Positions 7,921 to 18,837 of a stretch of 32,000 nt of DNA are shown in pieces (within the stretch, counting starts at the first letter, position 1; each line of letters opens with the position of its first letter). The position numbers were made by a program, and so were the translations under genes. Below the pieces are notes generated by a model. That model searched no databases, was not told the origin of the DNA, and saw only the letters and a list, made by a program, of their open reading frames with translations. The DNA comes from Vibrio vulnificus CMCP6 (lineage in GTDB: Bacteria > Pseudomonadota > Gammaproteobacteria > Enterobacterales > Vibrionaceae): positions 690,001-722,000 of the forward strand of contig NC_004459.3 of assembly GCF_000039765.1 (NCBI RefSeq), given 5' to 3'.

Positions 7921-10500
7921 ATGACGACGAATACCACTCCGTCACAAGATGTGCAAGAAATGGTGGCTCAAGCCGATACTGGCGCACGTAACCCGGCAGG
8001 GTTACAGGGACGAATCCTTTGGTTTGTTCCTCTTTGCTGGTCATTGTTTCAATTATGGTACGCTTCACCGCTGCCGTTTATTTTCGATTTCGCCGTTCTT
8101 AATGACACGCAGGCACGAGCTGTACATTTAACCTTTGCTATCTTTCTTGCTTTCACTGCTTACCCTGCACTGAAAAGCTCACCTAGAGAGCACATCCCTG
8201 CCCTCGATTGGGTATTGGCTTTACTCGGCAGTTTCTCTGCTTCCTACATCTACATCTTCTACACCGAGCTTGCTGGCCGTTCAGGCGCTCCAACGACGAT
8301 GGATGTTGTGGTAGCAGTCACTGGCATGGTGCTGTTGCTTGAAGCCACTCGTAGAGCGTTGGGCCCTCCTTTAATGCTCGTGGCCGCTCTTTTTCTCTTT
8401 TATACCTTTGCCGGTCCCTACATGCCGGATGTCATTGCCCATAAAGGGGCAAGCATCAACAAAGCGATGTCCCATTTATGGTTGACCACGGAAGGCGTGT
8501 TCGGCGTTGCTCTTGGCGTATCCACCTCGTTTGTGTTCTTGTTTGTACTCTTTGGTGCCATGCTGGAACGCGCAGGTGCGGGGGCATACTTTATTAAAGT
8601 GGCCTTCTCATTGCTCGGCCATATGCGTGGTGGGCCGGCCAAAGCGGCCGTGGTAGCCTCCGGTTTATCAGGGCTTGTTTCTGGTTCTTCCATCGCCAAC
8701 GTGGTCACCACGGGTACCTTTACGATTCCCTTAATGAAGCGGGTTGGATTCCCAGGAACAAAGGCTGGCGCCGTCGAGGTGGCAGCATCAACCAATGGGC
8801 AATTAACGCCGCCGATCATGGGGGCTGCAGCTTTCTTGATGGTGGAATACGTTGGTATTTCTTACGTTGAAGTCATTAAAGCGGCCATTCTGCCGGCCTT
8901 AATTTCTTATATTGCGCTGATTTATATTGTTCACTTAGAAGCGTGTAAAGCAGGTATGACAGGCTTACCTCGCCGCCATAACCCAACGTTAGTGCAAAGC
9001 TTGCTCTCCTTTACAGGTACGATTTTAGGATTGTGTGTCGTCAGTGCGGTGGTTTACTACGGCATCGGTTGGACCAAGGATGTCTTTGGCGATGCCGCGA
9101 CACCAATGGTGACCATTGCCTTACTGGTTGCCTATGTGGGCTTAGTCAAAATTTCCGCCAATCATGCGCAAGATGGCGCCTTGGAAATCGATGCAGAACT
9201 GACCGAAGTGCCCGACCCAGGACCGACGATCAAATCGGGTTTGCACTTCCTGCTTCCGATTGTTGTACTTGTTTGGTGTCTCACCGTTGAACGCTTTTCT
9301 CCTGGCCTTTCAGCGTTTTGGGCGACGGTGTTCATGATCTTTATTCTTCTCACTCAACGTCCTTTGATGGCGTTGATGAACAAGAGTGGCGACATTGCAC
9401 AGCAAACCAAGGCTGGTTGGACCGATCTGTTAGAGAGCTTAGTATCGGGCGCTCGCAATATGATTGGCATCGGTGTCGCAACCGCCGCTGCGGGTACCGT
9501 TGTCGGCGTGGTGACCCTAACCGGGATCGGTTTGGTCATGACCGATTTTGTTGAGTTCATTTCCGGCGGCAGCGTGATCATGATGCTGATCTTCACCGCA
9601 GTGATCAGCTTGATCCTTGGTATGGGACTCCCTACAACCGCGAACTACATTGTGGTGTCGACCTTGATGGCGCCAGTGATCGTCACGCTAGGCGCTCAGC
9701 ACGGCTTGATCATTCCACTTATCGCCGTCCACCTGTTTGTGTTCTATTTTGGTATTTTGGCCGATGATACCCCTCCAGTTGGCTTAGCTGCGTTTGCTGC
9801 GGCTGCGATTGCGAAATCCGACCCAATCCGCACTGGTATCCAAGGGTTTGCCTACGACATTCGTACCGCTATCTTGCCATTCATGTTTGTCTTCAATACT
9901 CAGCTCTTGTTGATGGGCATTGATACCTGGTGGCACTTGCTGTTAACGATACTCTCCTCGATTATCGCCATGCTGATCTTCTCCGCGGCCACACAAGGCT
10001 GGTGGTTCACCAAAAACAAATGGTGGGAAACGCTGTTACTGCTCATACTTACGTTCTCGTTCTTCCGTCCAGGCTTCTGGTGGGACATGATTTACCCAGC
10101 CAAAGTTCTTTCACCAGGTATTGAGATAGAGCAAATCACTCAGAAGCTAGATGTAGGACAATCACTGGAGCTTCGTGTAGCTGGTACCAATCTAGAAGGT
10201 GATTTCACTGAAAAGACGGTCCGTTTACCTTTTGATGATAATGCGACAACCGCACTTGAACGTCTTCAGTCGATGGGGCTTTCCCTCGTTGAAGATCAAG
10301 GCAAGATGCTGGTTGATATGGTTGAATTTGACAGCCCTGCTGAAGCATCCGGTATCGATTTCGATTGGGAAATCAAATGGGTGGTAGAAGAAGCAGATCG
10401 ACCAATGAAAGAATGGGTGTTTGTCCCTTGTTTGCTGATCCTTATTTTCATGGCAGCAAATCAGAAACGCCGAATTCGATCTCAACTCATTCAAGCGTAA
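7921..10500 (+). CDS. TRAP transporter fused (small+large) permease, TAXI-associated, with C-terminal extra domain
   Basis: 859 aa and highly hydrophobic, with many predicted TM segments. It shows conserved TRAP large-subunit character and sits adjacent to the TAXI receptor. The C-terminal ~130 aa form a soluble segment plus a terminal TM helix. Confidence 0.9.
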   Translation: MTTNTTPSQDVQEMVAQADTGARNPAGLQGRILWFVPLCWSLFQLWYASPLPFIFDFAVLNDTQARAVHLTFAIFLAFTAYPALKSSPREHIPALDWVLALLGSFSASYIYIFYTELAGRSGAPTTMDVVVAVTGMVLLLEATRRALGPPLMLVAALFLFYTFAGPYMPDVIAHKGASINKAMSHLWLTTEGVFGVALGVSTSFVFLFVLFGAMLERAGAGAYFIKVAFSLLGHMRGGPAKAAVVASGLSGLVSGSSIANVVTTGTFTIPLMKRVGFPGTKAGAVEVAASTNGQLTPPIMGAAAFLMVEYVGISYVEVIKAAILPALISYIALIYIVHLEACKAGMTGLPRRHNPTLVQSLLSFTGTILGLCVVSAVVYYGIGWTKDVFGDAATPMVTIALLVAYVGLVKISANHAQDGALEIDAELTEVPDPGPTIKSGLHFLLPIVVLVWCLTVERFSPGLSAFWATVFMIFILLTQRPLMALMNKSGDIAQQTKAGWTDLLESLVSGARNMIGIGVATAAAGTVVGVVTLTGIGLVMTDFVEFISGGSVIMMLIFTAVISLILGMGLPTTANYIVVSTLMAPVIVTLGAQHGLIIPLIAVHLFVFYFGILADDTPPVGLAAFAAAAIAKSDPIRTGIQGFAYDIRTAILPFMFVFNTQLLLMGIDTWWHLLLTILSSIIAMLIFSAATQGWWFTKNKWWETLLLLILTFSFFRPGFWWDMIYPAKVLSPGIEIEQITQKLDVGQSLELRVAGTNLEGDFTEKTVRLPFDDNATTALERLQSMGLSLVEDQGKMLVDMVEFDSPAEASGIDFDWEIKWVVEEADRPMKEWVFVPCLLILIFMAANQKRRIRSQLIQA

Positions 10501-10506
10501 ACATCA

Positions 10507-10539
10507 ATAGCCCCGTGAAATCGGGGCTATATTTATCTC
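10507..10539 (+). terminator. Intrinsic terminator of the TRAP operon
   Basis: ATAGCCCCG-TGAAAT-CGGGGCTAT is a 9-bp stem (10507-10530), followed by ATTTATCTC. Confidence 0.6.
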
Positions 10540-10578
10540 AAAACAGTATGCTGAAATAACAACAATAGAGATCATACC

Positions 10579-11016
10579 ATGTACAAACAGATTCTTGTTC
10601 CCGTCGATCTGAACGATAAAGGTTTTTCAGATAGAGCCGTTGAGCTCGCGGTGTGGCACGCGCGCCAAGCCAATGCTCAATTACATTTGCTCAACGTATT
10701 GCCCGGCATTCACATGTCGATGGTGGCGAGCTACTTCCCTAAAGATGCGGCACAGAAAATGAAGCAAGATGTGGTGCAACAACTTAAGAACTTTGCGGAT
10801 CAACACATTGCCGATGAAATTGTCTACAAAGTCCATGTTGCCGAAGGCAAACCTTACGCTACTATCTTAGAGTACGCAGAAAAGCTGGGGGCGGATTTGA
10901 TTATCATGCCAAGCCACAAACGTTCAAAAATCGATAAAGTGGTGCTCGGTTCTGTTGCCAGTAAAGTGGTTGAGAACTCACCCATTAACGTATTGGTGGT
11001 CAAACCGCAAGCTTAG
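10579..11016 (+). CDS. Universal stress protein (UspA family, UspF/G-like)
   Basis: 145 aa. ILVPVDL at the N-terminus and the C-terminal GSVASKVVENSPINVLVV motif are typical of the Usp alpha/beta fold. Confidence 0.88.
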   Translation: MYKQILVPVDLNDKGFSDRAVELAVWHARQANAQLHLLNVLPGIHMSMVASYFPKDAAQKMKQDVVQQLKNFADQHIADEIVYKVHVAEGKPYATILEYAEKLGADLIIMPSHKRSKIDKVVLGSVASKVVENSPINVLVVKPQA

Positions 11017-11045
11017 TCCCGAATTTTACTCAGTTAAGCCGGAAC

Positions 11046-11075
11046 AAAAAAAGGATGTCATATGACATCCTTTTT
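11046..11075. terminator. Bidirectional intrinsic terminator between usp and plsC
   Basis: The 18-bp palindrome GGATGTCATATGACATCC (11053-11070) is flanked by A7 (11046-11052) and T5 (11071-11075). Confidence 0.85.
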
Positions 11076-11101
11076 ATTTTAATCATCGATTTTTAAGTGA
11101 A

Positions 11102-11827
11102 TCATTGCTGATTACGTAACTTCACTTCTTCATCCAAACTTTCTAATTTGGCTTTCATCTTTGCGCGACAGATTTCTGCAAGCTCGCGAATATGCTCTTT
11201 GCCATAACCTTCGGTGCTAATGGGATCCAACATTTCGACAATCACGTGGCCATTATTCCAACGATTCAATTTCAGTTGATCTGTTGAACTACATACGATC
11301 GGGATAATCGGTACGCCAGCGCCAATCGCAGCGTGAAAAGCGCCCGTTTTGAAAGGCATGAGACCACGACCGCGTGAGCGTGTGCCTTCAGGAAACATCC
11401 ATACCGAAACTTCACTTGCTTTCATGCTTGCCACTACCTGATCAATCGTCCCTTTGGCTTTGGTCTTATTCGCACGGTCAATCAAGATGTTACCCGTCAG
11501 CCAGTAAAGCTGTCCAAACAGCGGTAACCACGCTAGGCTCTTTTTGCCTACCGTGACAACTTTGGGTGTCACTGCCGCAGAAACGGTAAAGAGGTCCCAG
11601 TTATTTTGGTGGTTGGCAATGTAGATATGTTGGCCACGTTGGTAGGCATCTTCAGGAAGACGCAGTTCCAGCTTAATGCCAAATACACGCGACATTTTGG
11701 CAAACAGACGGCCAAAGGTGAACACATGCTTAGGGTTTCTAGGGCTAAGTAAACAGTAGCCACAACCAAAGACGAACATCACAACAGCAAACAACGCCGT
11801 TGCTAACAAACGCACTAGAGCAATCAT
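11102..11827 (-). CDS. plsC: 1-acyl-sn-glycerol-3-phosphate acyltransferase
   Basis: 241 aa. N-terminal TM helix, HX4D acyltransferase motif (NHQNNWD), then FPEGTRS and the PIIPIV block. Confidence 0.9.
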   Translation of the reverse strand: MIALVRLLATALFAVVMFVFGCGYCLLSPRNPKHVFTFGRLFAKMSRVFGIKLELRLPEDAYQRGQHIYIANHQNNWDLFTVSAAVTPKVVTVGKKSLAWLPLFGQLYWLTGNILIDRANKTKAKGTIDQVVASMKASEVSVWMFPEGTRSRGRGLMPFKTGAFHAAIGAGVPIIPIVCSSTDQLKLNRWNNGHVIVEMLDPISTEGYGKEHIRELAEICRAKMKAKLESLDEEVKLRNQQ

Positions 11828-11919
11828 TTATAACTCCGGTATTCATTCAGATAGGCATTGCACTCCCAAGATATTGAAAGCCACGCTCTACTTCTCTGAC
11901 AAAAACAGCTTCTAAAATA

Positions 11920-11947
11920 TAAAAAAGCCGAAACCTGTGTTTCGGCT
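11920..11947 (-). terminator. Intrinsic terminator of the mla-ibaG-murA operon
   Basis: AGCCGAAAC-CTGT-GTTTCGGCT is a 9-bp stem (11926-11947). The A-run 11921-11925 gives the U-tract on the minus strand. It lies 20 nt after the murA stop. Confidence 0.85.
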
Positions 11948-11966
11948 ATATTGGTATCAACGTAGT

Positions 11967-13241
<1,275 letters not shown>

Positions 13242-13496
13242 TTAAAGAGACATCAGTTTCTTGTCACGTGCCCATTCGGCAGGCGTGTATGCTTTGATCG
13301 ACAAGGCATGAATATCATTGCGTTGGATGTAGTCCATGAGTGGTTTGTAGATCAGCTGTTGCTTCTTAACGCGGCTCATTCCTTCGAAACAAGCATCAAC
13401 AGCGACCACTTCATAGTGGCTACCTTCACCTTTTACATGCAACTCTTCAAGGTTGAGTGCTTCTTCTAGTAACTGTTGTACTTTTGCGCTATCCAC
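13242..13496 (-). CDS. ibaG: BolA-family protein IbaG (YrbA)
   Basis: 84 aa. [16 protein letters not shown]....[16 protein letters not shown] matches E. coli IbaG. It sits between mlaB and murA as in E. coli. Confidence 0.92.
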   Translation of the reverse strand: MDSAKVQQLLEEALNLEELHVKGEGSHYEVVAVDACFEGMSRVKKQQLIYKPLMDYIQRNDIHALSIKAYTPAEWARDKKLMSL

Positions 13497-13499
13497 AAT

Positions 13500-13817
13500 T
13501 TACCCCTGATAACTTTGAATATGTTTGGCAACCACGGCTTCAACGTTGCTTAACTGAAACAGTGTGCGCAGTTGCGCTGGCACAAAACTCAGCATTATAT
13601 GACAGTTTTGCTTTTTTGCATGCTCTAATAAGTGAATTAGCATCACCATTCCGGCAGAATCCACCCGTTGTACGGTTTTTAGTGAGAATTCCACCTGACT
13701 ATTTCTTGGCTTCCAAGTCTGAGCAAAACGCCACAGTGATGGCACCTGTTCACGATCCAAATTACCACTTAAGCTGACTTTCTCGTCTGTCGATTGCTGC
13801 CATTGCGGGTGTGACAT
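13500..13817 (-). CDS. mlaB: Phospholipid ABC transporter STAS-domain subunit MlaB
   Basis: 105 aa, small STAS-like protein (..LSGNLDR..V..LW......V.RVDSAG...L.HLL..AKK). The start overlaps the mlaC stop (TGATG). Confidence 0.85.
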   Translation of the reverse strand: MSHPQWQQSTDEKVSLSGNLDREQVPSLWRFAQTWKPRNSQVEFSLKTVQRVDSAGMVMLIHLLEHAKKQNCHIMLSFVPAQLRTLFQLSNVEAVVAKHIQSYQG

Positions 13818-14452
13818 CAGTTTTTTGCCTCAAAACGAATCGGTTGTTTCGCTAATGCTTCCAGTTCGTTGGCGACGGCAAGAATACCATCTTGGCGAAT
13901 TTTACCATTCCACTCCGACTGCTTGCTGGAGAGTAAGCTGATCCCTTCGGCAACCATATCAAAAGCCAGCCAATCGCCGTTATTCTCACGACGCAATTTG
14001 AACTCTAGCTTAATGTTTGGACGGGGGGTATCAATGATATCAACTTTCACACTGGTGATGCGCTGGCCGTCTTCTACCTTAGGTTCCGGGCCAAAGAGAA
14101 TTTTCTGATCCGTGTATTGCGTCAATACCTGCGCATAAGAGCTCACTAAGTACGCGCGAAACGCGTCAATAAACGCGGTGACGTCTTCACGCTTTGACCC
14201 TTTTAGATTTGTACCCAATAACTTAAGTGCCGCGTACTTTTCATTCACGTATGGCATCAGCTCTTCTTCTACCACCACTTTGAGGTAGTCCGGATCTTGC
14301 TGAATTTTAGGTTGCTCTGCCTTTAAACGCGCAAAAGCCTGCTCTGAAACCTGCTTCATCATTTGATACGGCTCGGCTTTGTCCACTGCCGTGCTCGCCA
14401 ATACATTAAGCGACATCAACAGCGAGAGACAGGTCAAAAAGAATCGTTTCAT
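13817..14452 (-). CDS. mlaC: Periplasmic phospholipid-binding protein MlaC
   Basis: The track ORF starts at 14509, inside mlaD. ATG 14452 (MKRFFLTCLSLLMSLNVLAS...) gives a signal peptide and 211 aa, and lies 4 nt after the mlaD stop. It is homologous to E. coli MlaC (PY..M.......F.RLK.EQP.I..DPDYL). Confidence 0.9.
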   Translation of the reverse strand: MKRFFLTCLSLLMSLNVLASTAVDKAEPYQMMKQVSEQAFARLKAEQPKIQQDPDYLKVVVEEELMPYVNEKYAALKLLGTNLKGSKREDVTAFIDAFRAYLVSSYAQVLTQYTDQKILFGPEPKVEDGQRITSVKVDIIDTPRPNIKLEFKLRRENNGDWLAFDMVAEGISLLSSKQSEWNGKIRQDGILAVANELEALAKQPIRFEAKN

Positions 14453-14456
14453 CGAA

Positions 14457-14945
14457 TTAGTCCTTCTTAGTTTCATCTTTGTTGCCGACGCTATACAGCA
14501 CTTGGCCAATCAAATCTTCCAATACCAATGCCGATTTGGTGTCTTCAATAAAGTCACCATCTTTAAGCATCTGCTCGTCTTCAAAAACGAATCCTGGCAC
14601 TAAGCCAATATACTGCTCACCAATCAAGCCGGATGTTAGTATCTGCACACTCGAGGTTTCCGGAAACTGGTTGTAGAGACTGTTGATCGACAGCGATACG
14701 ACAGGCACCAAAGTTTCAGGATTCAACGAAATGTCGGATACGCGTCCAATCACCACCCCTCCCACCTTCACAGGCGAGCGCACTTTGAGACTACCGATGT
14801 TGTCAAACTGTGCTTTGAGCGTGTAAGTATTGCCCGAGCCTAGCCCCTTTACGTCAGCGACTTGAAAAATCATGACCAGAATTGCGCAAATTCCCGCCAA
14901 GACAAAGCTGCCAACCCATAATTCTGTTTTACGTGTTTGTTGCAT
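14457..14945 (-). CDS. mlaD: MCE-domain phospholipid transport protein MlaD
   Basis: 162 aa. N-terminal anchor helix, then YTL.A.FDNIG.LK.RSPV..GGVV.GRV.DI.L.P and SGL.GEQY matching E. coli MlaD. Confidence 0.93.
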   Translation of the reverse strand: MQQTRKTELWVGSFVLAGICAILVMIFQVADVKGLGSGNTYTLKAQFDNIGSLKVRSPVKVGGVVIGRVSDISLNPETLVPVVSLSINSLYNQFPETSSVQILTSGLIGEQYIGLVPGFVFEDEQMLKDGDFIEDTKSALVLEDLIGQVLYSVGNKDETKKD

Positions 14946-14947
14946 GT

Positions 14948-15736
14948 TTAATTCCCAAACATCAACGCAGTGAGGACAAAATCCAGCCCCAACACCGCTA
15001 AAGAAGAGTGAACCACCGTGCGAGTCGTCGCACGACTGATGCCTTCCGAAGTAGGAATAGCATCGTAACCATTAAAGAGCGCAATCCAAGTCACGGTAAT
15101 GGCAAAGACCACGCATTTGATCATGCTGTTACCAATATCTTGCCCTAACTCCACCGAAGCTTGCATGGCTGACCAAAAACTGCCGTGGTCGATGCCTTTC
15201 CAGTCAACACCCACCAATTGGCCGCCCCAAATACCCACGGCCATGAAGATCATCGCCAACAGCGGCATCGAGATAATGCCTGCCCACAATCTTGGCGCTA
15301 TGATTCTTTTTAGGGGGTCAACCGCCATCATTTCCATACTAGAAAGTTGCTCTGTCGCTTTCATCAGGCCAATTTCAGCCGTGAGCGCAGAGCCCGCTCG
15401 CCCAGCAAACAACAAAGCCGTCACAACTGGCCCTAGCTCACGCAATAACGACAGCGCGACCATTTGCCCTAGGCTGCCTTCTGCGCCGTAATCCACCAAA
15501 ATCACGTAGCCTTGTAGACTCAACACCATACCAATGAAGAGTCCAGAGACCACGATGATGGCTAAAGACTGCACCCCCACGTTATAGATTTGCTTTACCA
15601 ATAGTGGCAGCGTTTTTCGCGGTTGTGGTCTCCCCGCAAGTGCACCGGCAAGCATTAAGCTCGCCTTACCAAATGATTGACATAAGCTAAGGAAGCGACG
15701 CCCGAGCGCTGAAATCATGTCGACTAAGTTAGGCAT
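14948..15736 (-). CDS. mlaE: Phospholipid ABC transporter permease MlaE
   Basis: 262 aa, near-colinear with E. coli MlaE ([43 protein letters not shown] ... [16 protein letters not shown]). The start at 15736 overlaps the mlaF stop. ATG 15718 is an alternative start. Confidence 0.95.
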   Translation of the reverse strand: MPNLVDMISALGRRFLSLCQSFGKASLMLAGALAGRPQPRKTLPLLVKQIYNVGVQSLAIIVVSGLFIGMVLSLQGYVILVDYGAEGSLGQMVALSLLRELGPVVTALLFAGRAGSALTAEIGLMKATEQLSSMEMMAVDPLKRIIAPRLWAGIISMPLLAMIFMAVGIWGGQLVGVDWKGIDHGSFWSAMQASVELGQDIGNSMIKCVVFAITVTWIALFNGYDAIPTSEGISRATTRTVVHSSLAVLGLDFVLTALMFGN

Positions 15737-16532
15737 CGTGAAATAAATCCTTTTCTATTGGTTGCGCGGGAAAACGAAACGGCACAGGACCATCCGCTTC
15801 ACCCAATAAAAATTGTTGAACACGAGGATCGCTGTTGTTACGCAATTCCTCTGGTGTGCCTTTCGCGATCACTTTGCCATCCGCCAGCAGATACACCCAA
15901 TCGGCAATGCTCATCACCTCCGGAACATCATGAGAAACGACAACGGCCGTGACCCCTAAGGCACTGTTCAAATTACGAATCAACTCAACCAGCACCCCCA
16001 TGGTGATCGGATCCTGGCCAACAAAGGGTTCGTCATACATGATCAGTTCTGGGTCGAGCGCAATGGCTCTTGCTAGGGCAGCTCGACGAGCCATGCCGCC
16101 GGATAACTCACTTGGCATCAGTTCAGCAGCCCCTCTCAGGCCAACCGCTTCAAGCTTCAATAACACTAAAGTGCGAATGAGTGAGTCACTCAGTTGAGTG
16201 TGTTCACGTAAAGGAAAGGCGACGTTATCGAAGACATTGAGATCAGTAAACAGCGCGCCGGATTGAAACAGCATGCTCATTTTTTTTCTGGCGTGATAAA
16301 GCTTAGAGCGAGACAAACTAGGAATATTGACACCATCAAACCAAATCTCACCACTTTCCGGCAAGATTTGCCCACCAATCAGGCGAAGCAATGTGGTCTT
16401 TCCAATTCCAGATGGCCCCATGATGGCCGTCACTTTTCCTTTGGGAATACGCAAATCGATGTTGTCGAAAATCTTACGTTGGCCACGGGAAAACGTCAGT
16501 CCATGAATCGTTACTAAATCGTTGTGTGACAT
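15729..16532 (-). CDS. mlaF: Phospholipid ABC transporter ATP-binding protein MlaF
   Basis: 267 aa. Walker [10 protein letters not shown], signature [14 protein letters not shown], Walker B IMYDEPF. Confidence 0.96.
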   Translation of the reverse strand: MSHNDLVTIHGLTFSRGQRKIFDNIDLRIPKGKVTAIMGPSGIGKTTLLRLIGGQILPESGEIWFDGVNIPSLSRSKLYHARKKMSMLFQSGALFTDLNVFDNVAFPLREHTQLSDSLIRTLVLLKLEAVGLRGAAELMPSELSGGMARRAALARAIALDPELIMYDEPFVGQDPITMGVLVELIRNLNSALGVTAVVVSHDVPEVMSIADWVYLLADGKVIAKGTPEELRNNSDPRVQQFLLGEADGPVPFRFPAQPIEKDLFHDA

Positions 16533-16878
16533 ACTCTCTCTTTATTTACTCAGGTATTCCCCTGCGTTTTTTCATCGCGATTGTGTCGATTGGCGACAAA
16601 TTCGGCAAGCCATGATAAGCAGATTATTTCAGAATTAAAAGCAGTGTTCGATTAATTCCTTTGAACCATCACTCAATTCAATAGACTTTCTTTCTGCACT
16701 CTTTATCAATCCTACCGAAAAATAACACCTTATCGGCTCATCTCTCATTTTCCTTACATATTAGCCTTTACCGCTTACGAGGATGTAATTTGTTACCACT
16801 TTGGCTTCCATTTTTGTCGGCAAAAGGTCAAAATTAGCGGTTAATCATTCAACTTATCATTACTTTCTGGAACTTATC

Positions 16879-17844
16879 ATGCTCGAAGCCGTCGCGCTGC
16901 TTATCGTTGGTCTCATTTTGTTAGTCTGGAGTGCCGACAAACTTGTTTTTGGTTCAGCCGCCCTCGCTCGCAATATCGGTATTTCTCCATTGGTCATCGG
17001 TATGACCATCCTCGCAATGGGCTCCTCCGCACCAGAAATGATGGTTTCAGCCACCGCTGCACTTGACGGTAAAACCGATACCGCAGTGGGTAATGTTTTA
17101 GGTTCGAATATCGCCAACATCGCCCTGATTCTTGGTATTACCGCGTTAGTTCGCCCACTGTCGATCAACTCTGCCGTAGTACGTCGTGAGTTGCCGCTCA
17201 TGATTGGTGTGACTATCTTGGCTGGCATCCTGCTTTGGGATAGTCACCTTGGTTTCTATGAAGGCGTGCTGCTGTTTGTTTTATTTACCTTATTCCTAGT
17301 CGCGATGCTGCAAATCAGCCGTCGTGAACAAAAAACCGGAGATGCCTTCTTAGAAGAGCAAGAGTCGGAAATTCCTCAAGGCGTCAGCAATCCAAAAGCC
17401 GCAATGTGGATCGTCATTGGTCTGATCCTTTTACCACTCGCGGCCGATATGCTAGTGGATAATGCGGTCATCATTGCCAAATACTTTGGCATGAGTGATT
17501 TGGTGATTGGTTTAACCATTATTGCCGTGGGTACCAGCTTGCCGGAGCTGGCCGCGTCTTTGGCGGGCGCTCTGAAAGGTGAAGATGACATGGCGGTCGG
17601 TAACATCATCGGATCCAACGTTTTCAATATTCTTGCCGTGATGGGGATCCCCGGTATTCTCAACCCATCATTTATTAGTGAATACGCAATGGGACGTGAT
17701 TTTTGGGTAATGCTGGCGATTTCCTTACTTTTGGTTGTCATGGCATTGGGCAAATCTCGCAGAATTAGTCGTACCGAAGGTGGTATTCTACTGACCTGCT
17801 TTATCGGTTATCAGGCCTATCTGTTAATGAACATGGCAGCGTAA
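16879..17844 (+). CDS. yrbG: Ca2+/Na+ antiporter family inner-membrane protein YrbG
   Basis: The track ORF begins at 16801. ATG 16879 (MLEAVALLIVGLILLVWSADKLV...) aligns with the E. coli YrbG N-terminus (MLLATALLIVGLLLVVYSADRLV) and gives 321 aa. Two alpha-repeat motifs are present (GSSAPE, GTSLPEL). Confidence 0.9.
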   Translation: MLEAVALLIVGLILLVWSADKLVFGSAALARNIGISPLVIGMTILAMGSSAPEMMVSATAALDGKTDTAVGNVLGSNIANIALILGITALVRPLSINSAVVRRELPLMIGVTILAGILLWDSHLGFYEGVLLFVLFTLFLVAMLQISRREQKTGDAFLEEQESEIPQGVSNPKAAMWIVIGLILLPLAADMLVDNAVIIAKYFGMSDLVIGLTIIAVGTSLPELAASLAGALKGEDDMAVGNIIGSNVFNILAVMGIPGILNPSFISEYAMGRDFWVMLAISLLLVVMALGKSRRISRTEGGILLTCFIGYQAYLLMNMAA

Positions 17845-17865
17845 GCTGTTTCGCTAGGAGTACAC

Positions 17866-18837
17866 ATGACCCTGTCCTTTGATTATCGTGCGGTAGCAAA
17901 GCAAGTTTTAGCCACGGAAATACGCGGTCTTGAGCAGTTATCGCAATATTTTGATGAGCAATTTGAGCAAGCGTGCGAATTAATCCTGAATAACGCTGGA
18001 AAAGTGGTTGTTATGGGGATGGGGAAATCAGGCCATATCGGGAAAAAGATCGCCGCCTCGTTAGCCAGCACTGGCACTTCCTCGTTCTTTGTCCATCCAG
18101 GGGAAGCTTCGCACGGTGACTTAGGAATGATCGAACGTGGGGACATCGTCCTTGCCATTTCCAACTCCGGTGAATCCTCAGAAATTCTCGCGCTCTTTCC
18201 GGTGTTAAAGCGATTGGGTATCCGCATCATCAGCATGACTGGCAAACCCAGCTCAACCATGGCAAAACTGGCCGATTACCATTTACAGATCACCGTTCCT
18301 GAAGAAGCGTGCCCGCTGGGTTTGGCTCCAACCACCAGCACAACGGCTACCTTAGTGATGGGCGATGCCATTGCGGTGGCTCTGCTGCAAGCTCGCGGCT
18401 TTACCGCTGAGGATTTCGCACTGTCCCATCCTGGTGGCGCGCTGGGAAGAAAGCTATTATTGAAACTCAACGACATCATGCATACGGGCGAACAGTTACC
18501 ACGCGTCTCTCCGAATGCTTTAGTGCGTGATGCGTTATTGGAGATCTCCCAAAAAGGCCTTGGCATGACGGCCATTGTGGATCACGACAATCTGTTGCTC
18601 GGCATTTTTACTGACGGAGACTTACGTCGTATCTTAGATAAGCGTGTCGACATCCACAGCGCACAGATCGGCGAAGTGATGACCAAACACCCAACGGTTG
18701 CCAATCCAAGCATGCTCGCGGTTGAAGGGCTCAATCTCATGCAACAAAAGAAAATTAACGGTTTAATGTTGTGCCAAGATGGTAAACTGGTTGGCGCATT
18801 AAATATGCACGATTTATTGAAAGCGGGAGTCATGTAG
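17866..18837 (+). CDS. kdsD: Arabinose-5-phosphate isomerase KdsD
   Basis: 323 aa. SIS domain (GMGKSGHIGKKIAA.LASTGT.SFFVHP.EA.HGDLG) plus tandem CBS domains at the C-terminus. Confidence 0.95.
   Translation: MTLSFDYRAVAKQVLATEIRGLEQLSQYFDEQFEQACELILNNAGKVVVMGMGKSGHIGKKIAASLASTGTSSFFVHPGEASHGDLGMIERGDIVLAISNSGESSEILALFPVLKRLGIRIISMTGKPSSTMAKLADYHLQITVPEEACPLGLAPTTSTTATLVMGDAIAVALLQARGFTAEDFALSHPGGALGRKLLLKLNDIMHTGEQLPRVSPNALVRDALLEISQKGLGMTAIVDHDNLLLGIFTDGDLRRILDKRVDIHSAQIGEVMTKHPTVANPSMLAVEGLNLMQQKKINGLMLCQDGKLVGALNMHDLLKAGVM

Noticed and set aside
14453-14509. Upstream-extended starts in the ORF track for mlaC (14509), yrbG (16801), ispB (3492) and lptC (19334)
   Set aside because: Each extension overlaps the preceding gene or a promoter region and has no counterpart in the E. 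coli homologues. The internal ATGs give homologue-length proteins with proper signal or anchor sequences.
16584-16598. TGTCG-ATTGG-CGACA inverted repeat, a CRP-like half-site, in the mlaF/yrbG divergent region
   Set aside because: The arms are only 5 bp and match the CRP consensus TGTGA-N6-TCACA poorly. A repeat like this is expected by chance in a 346-bp spacer.
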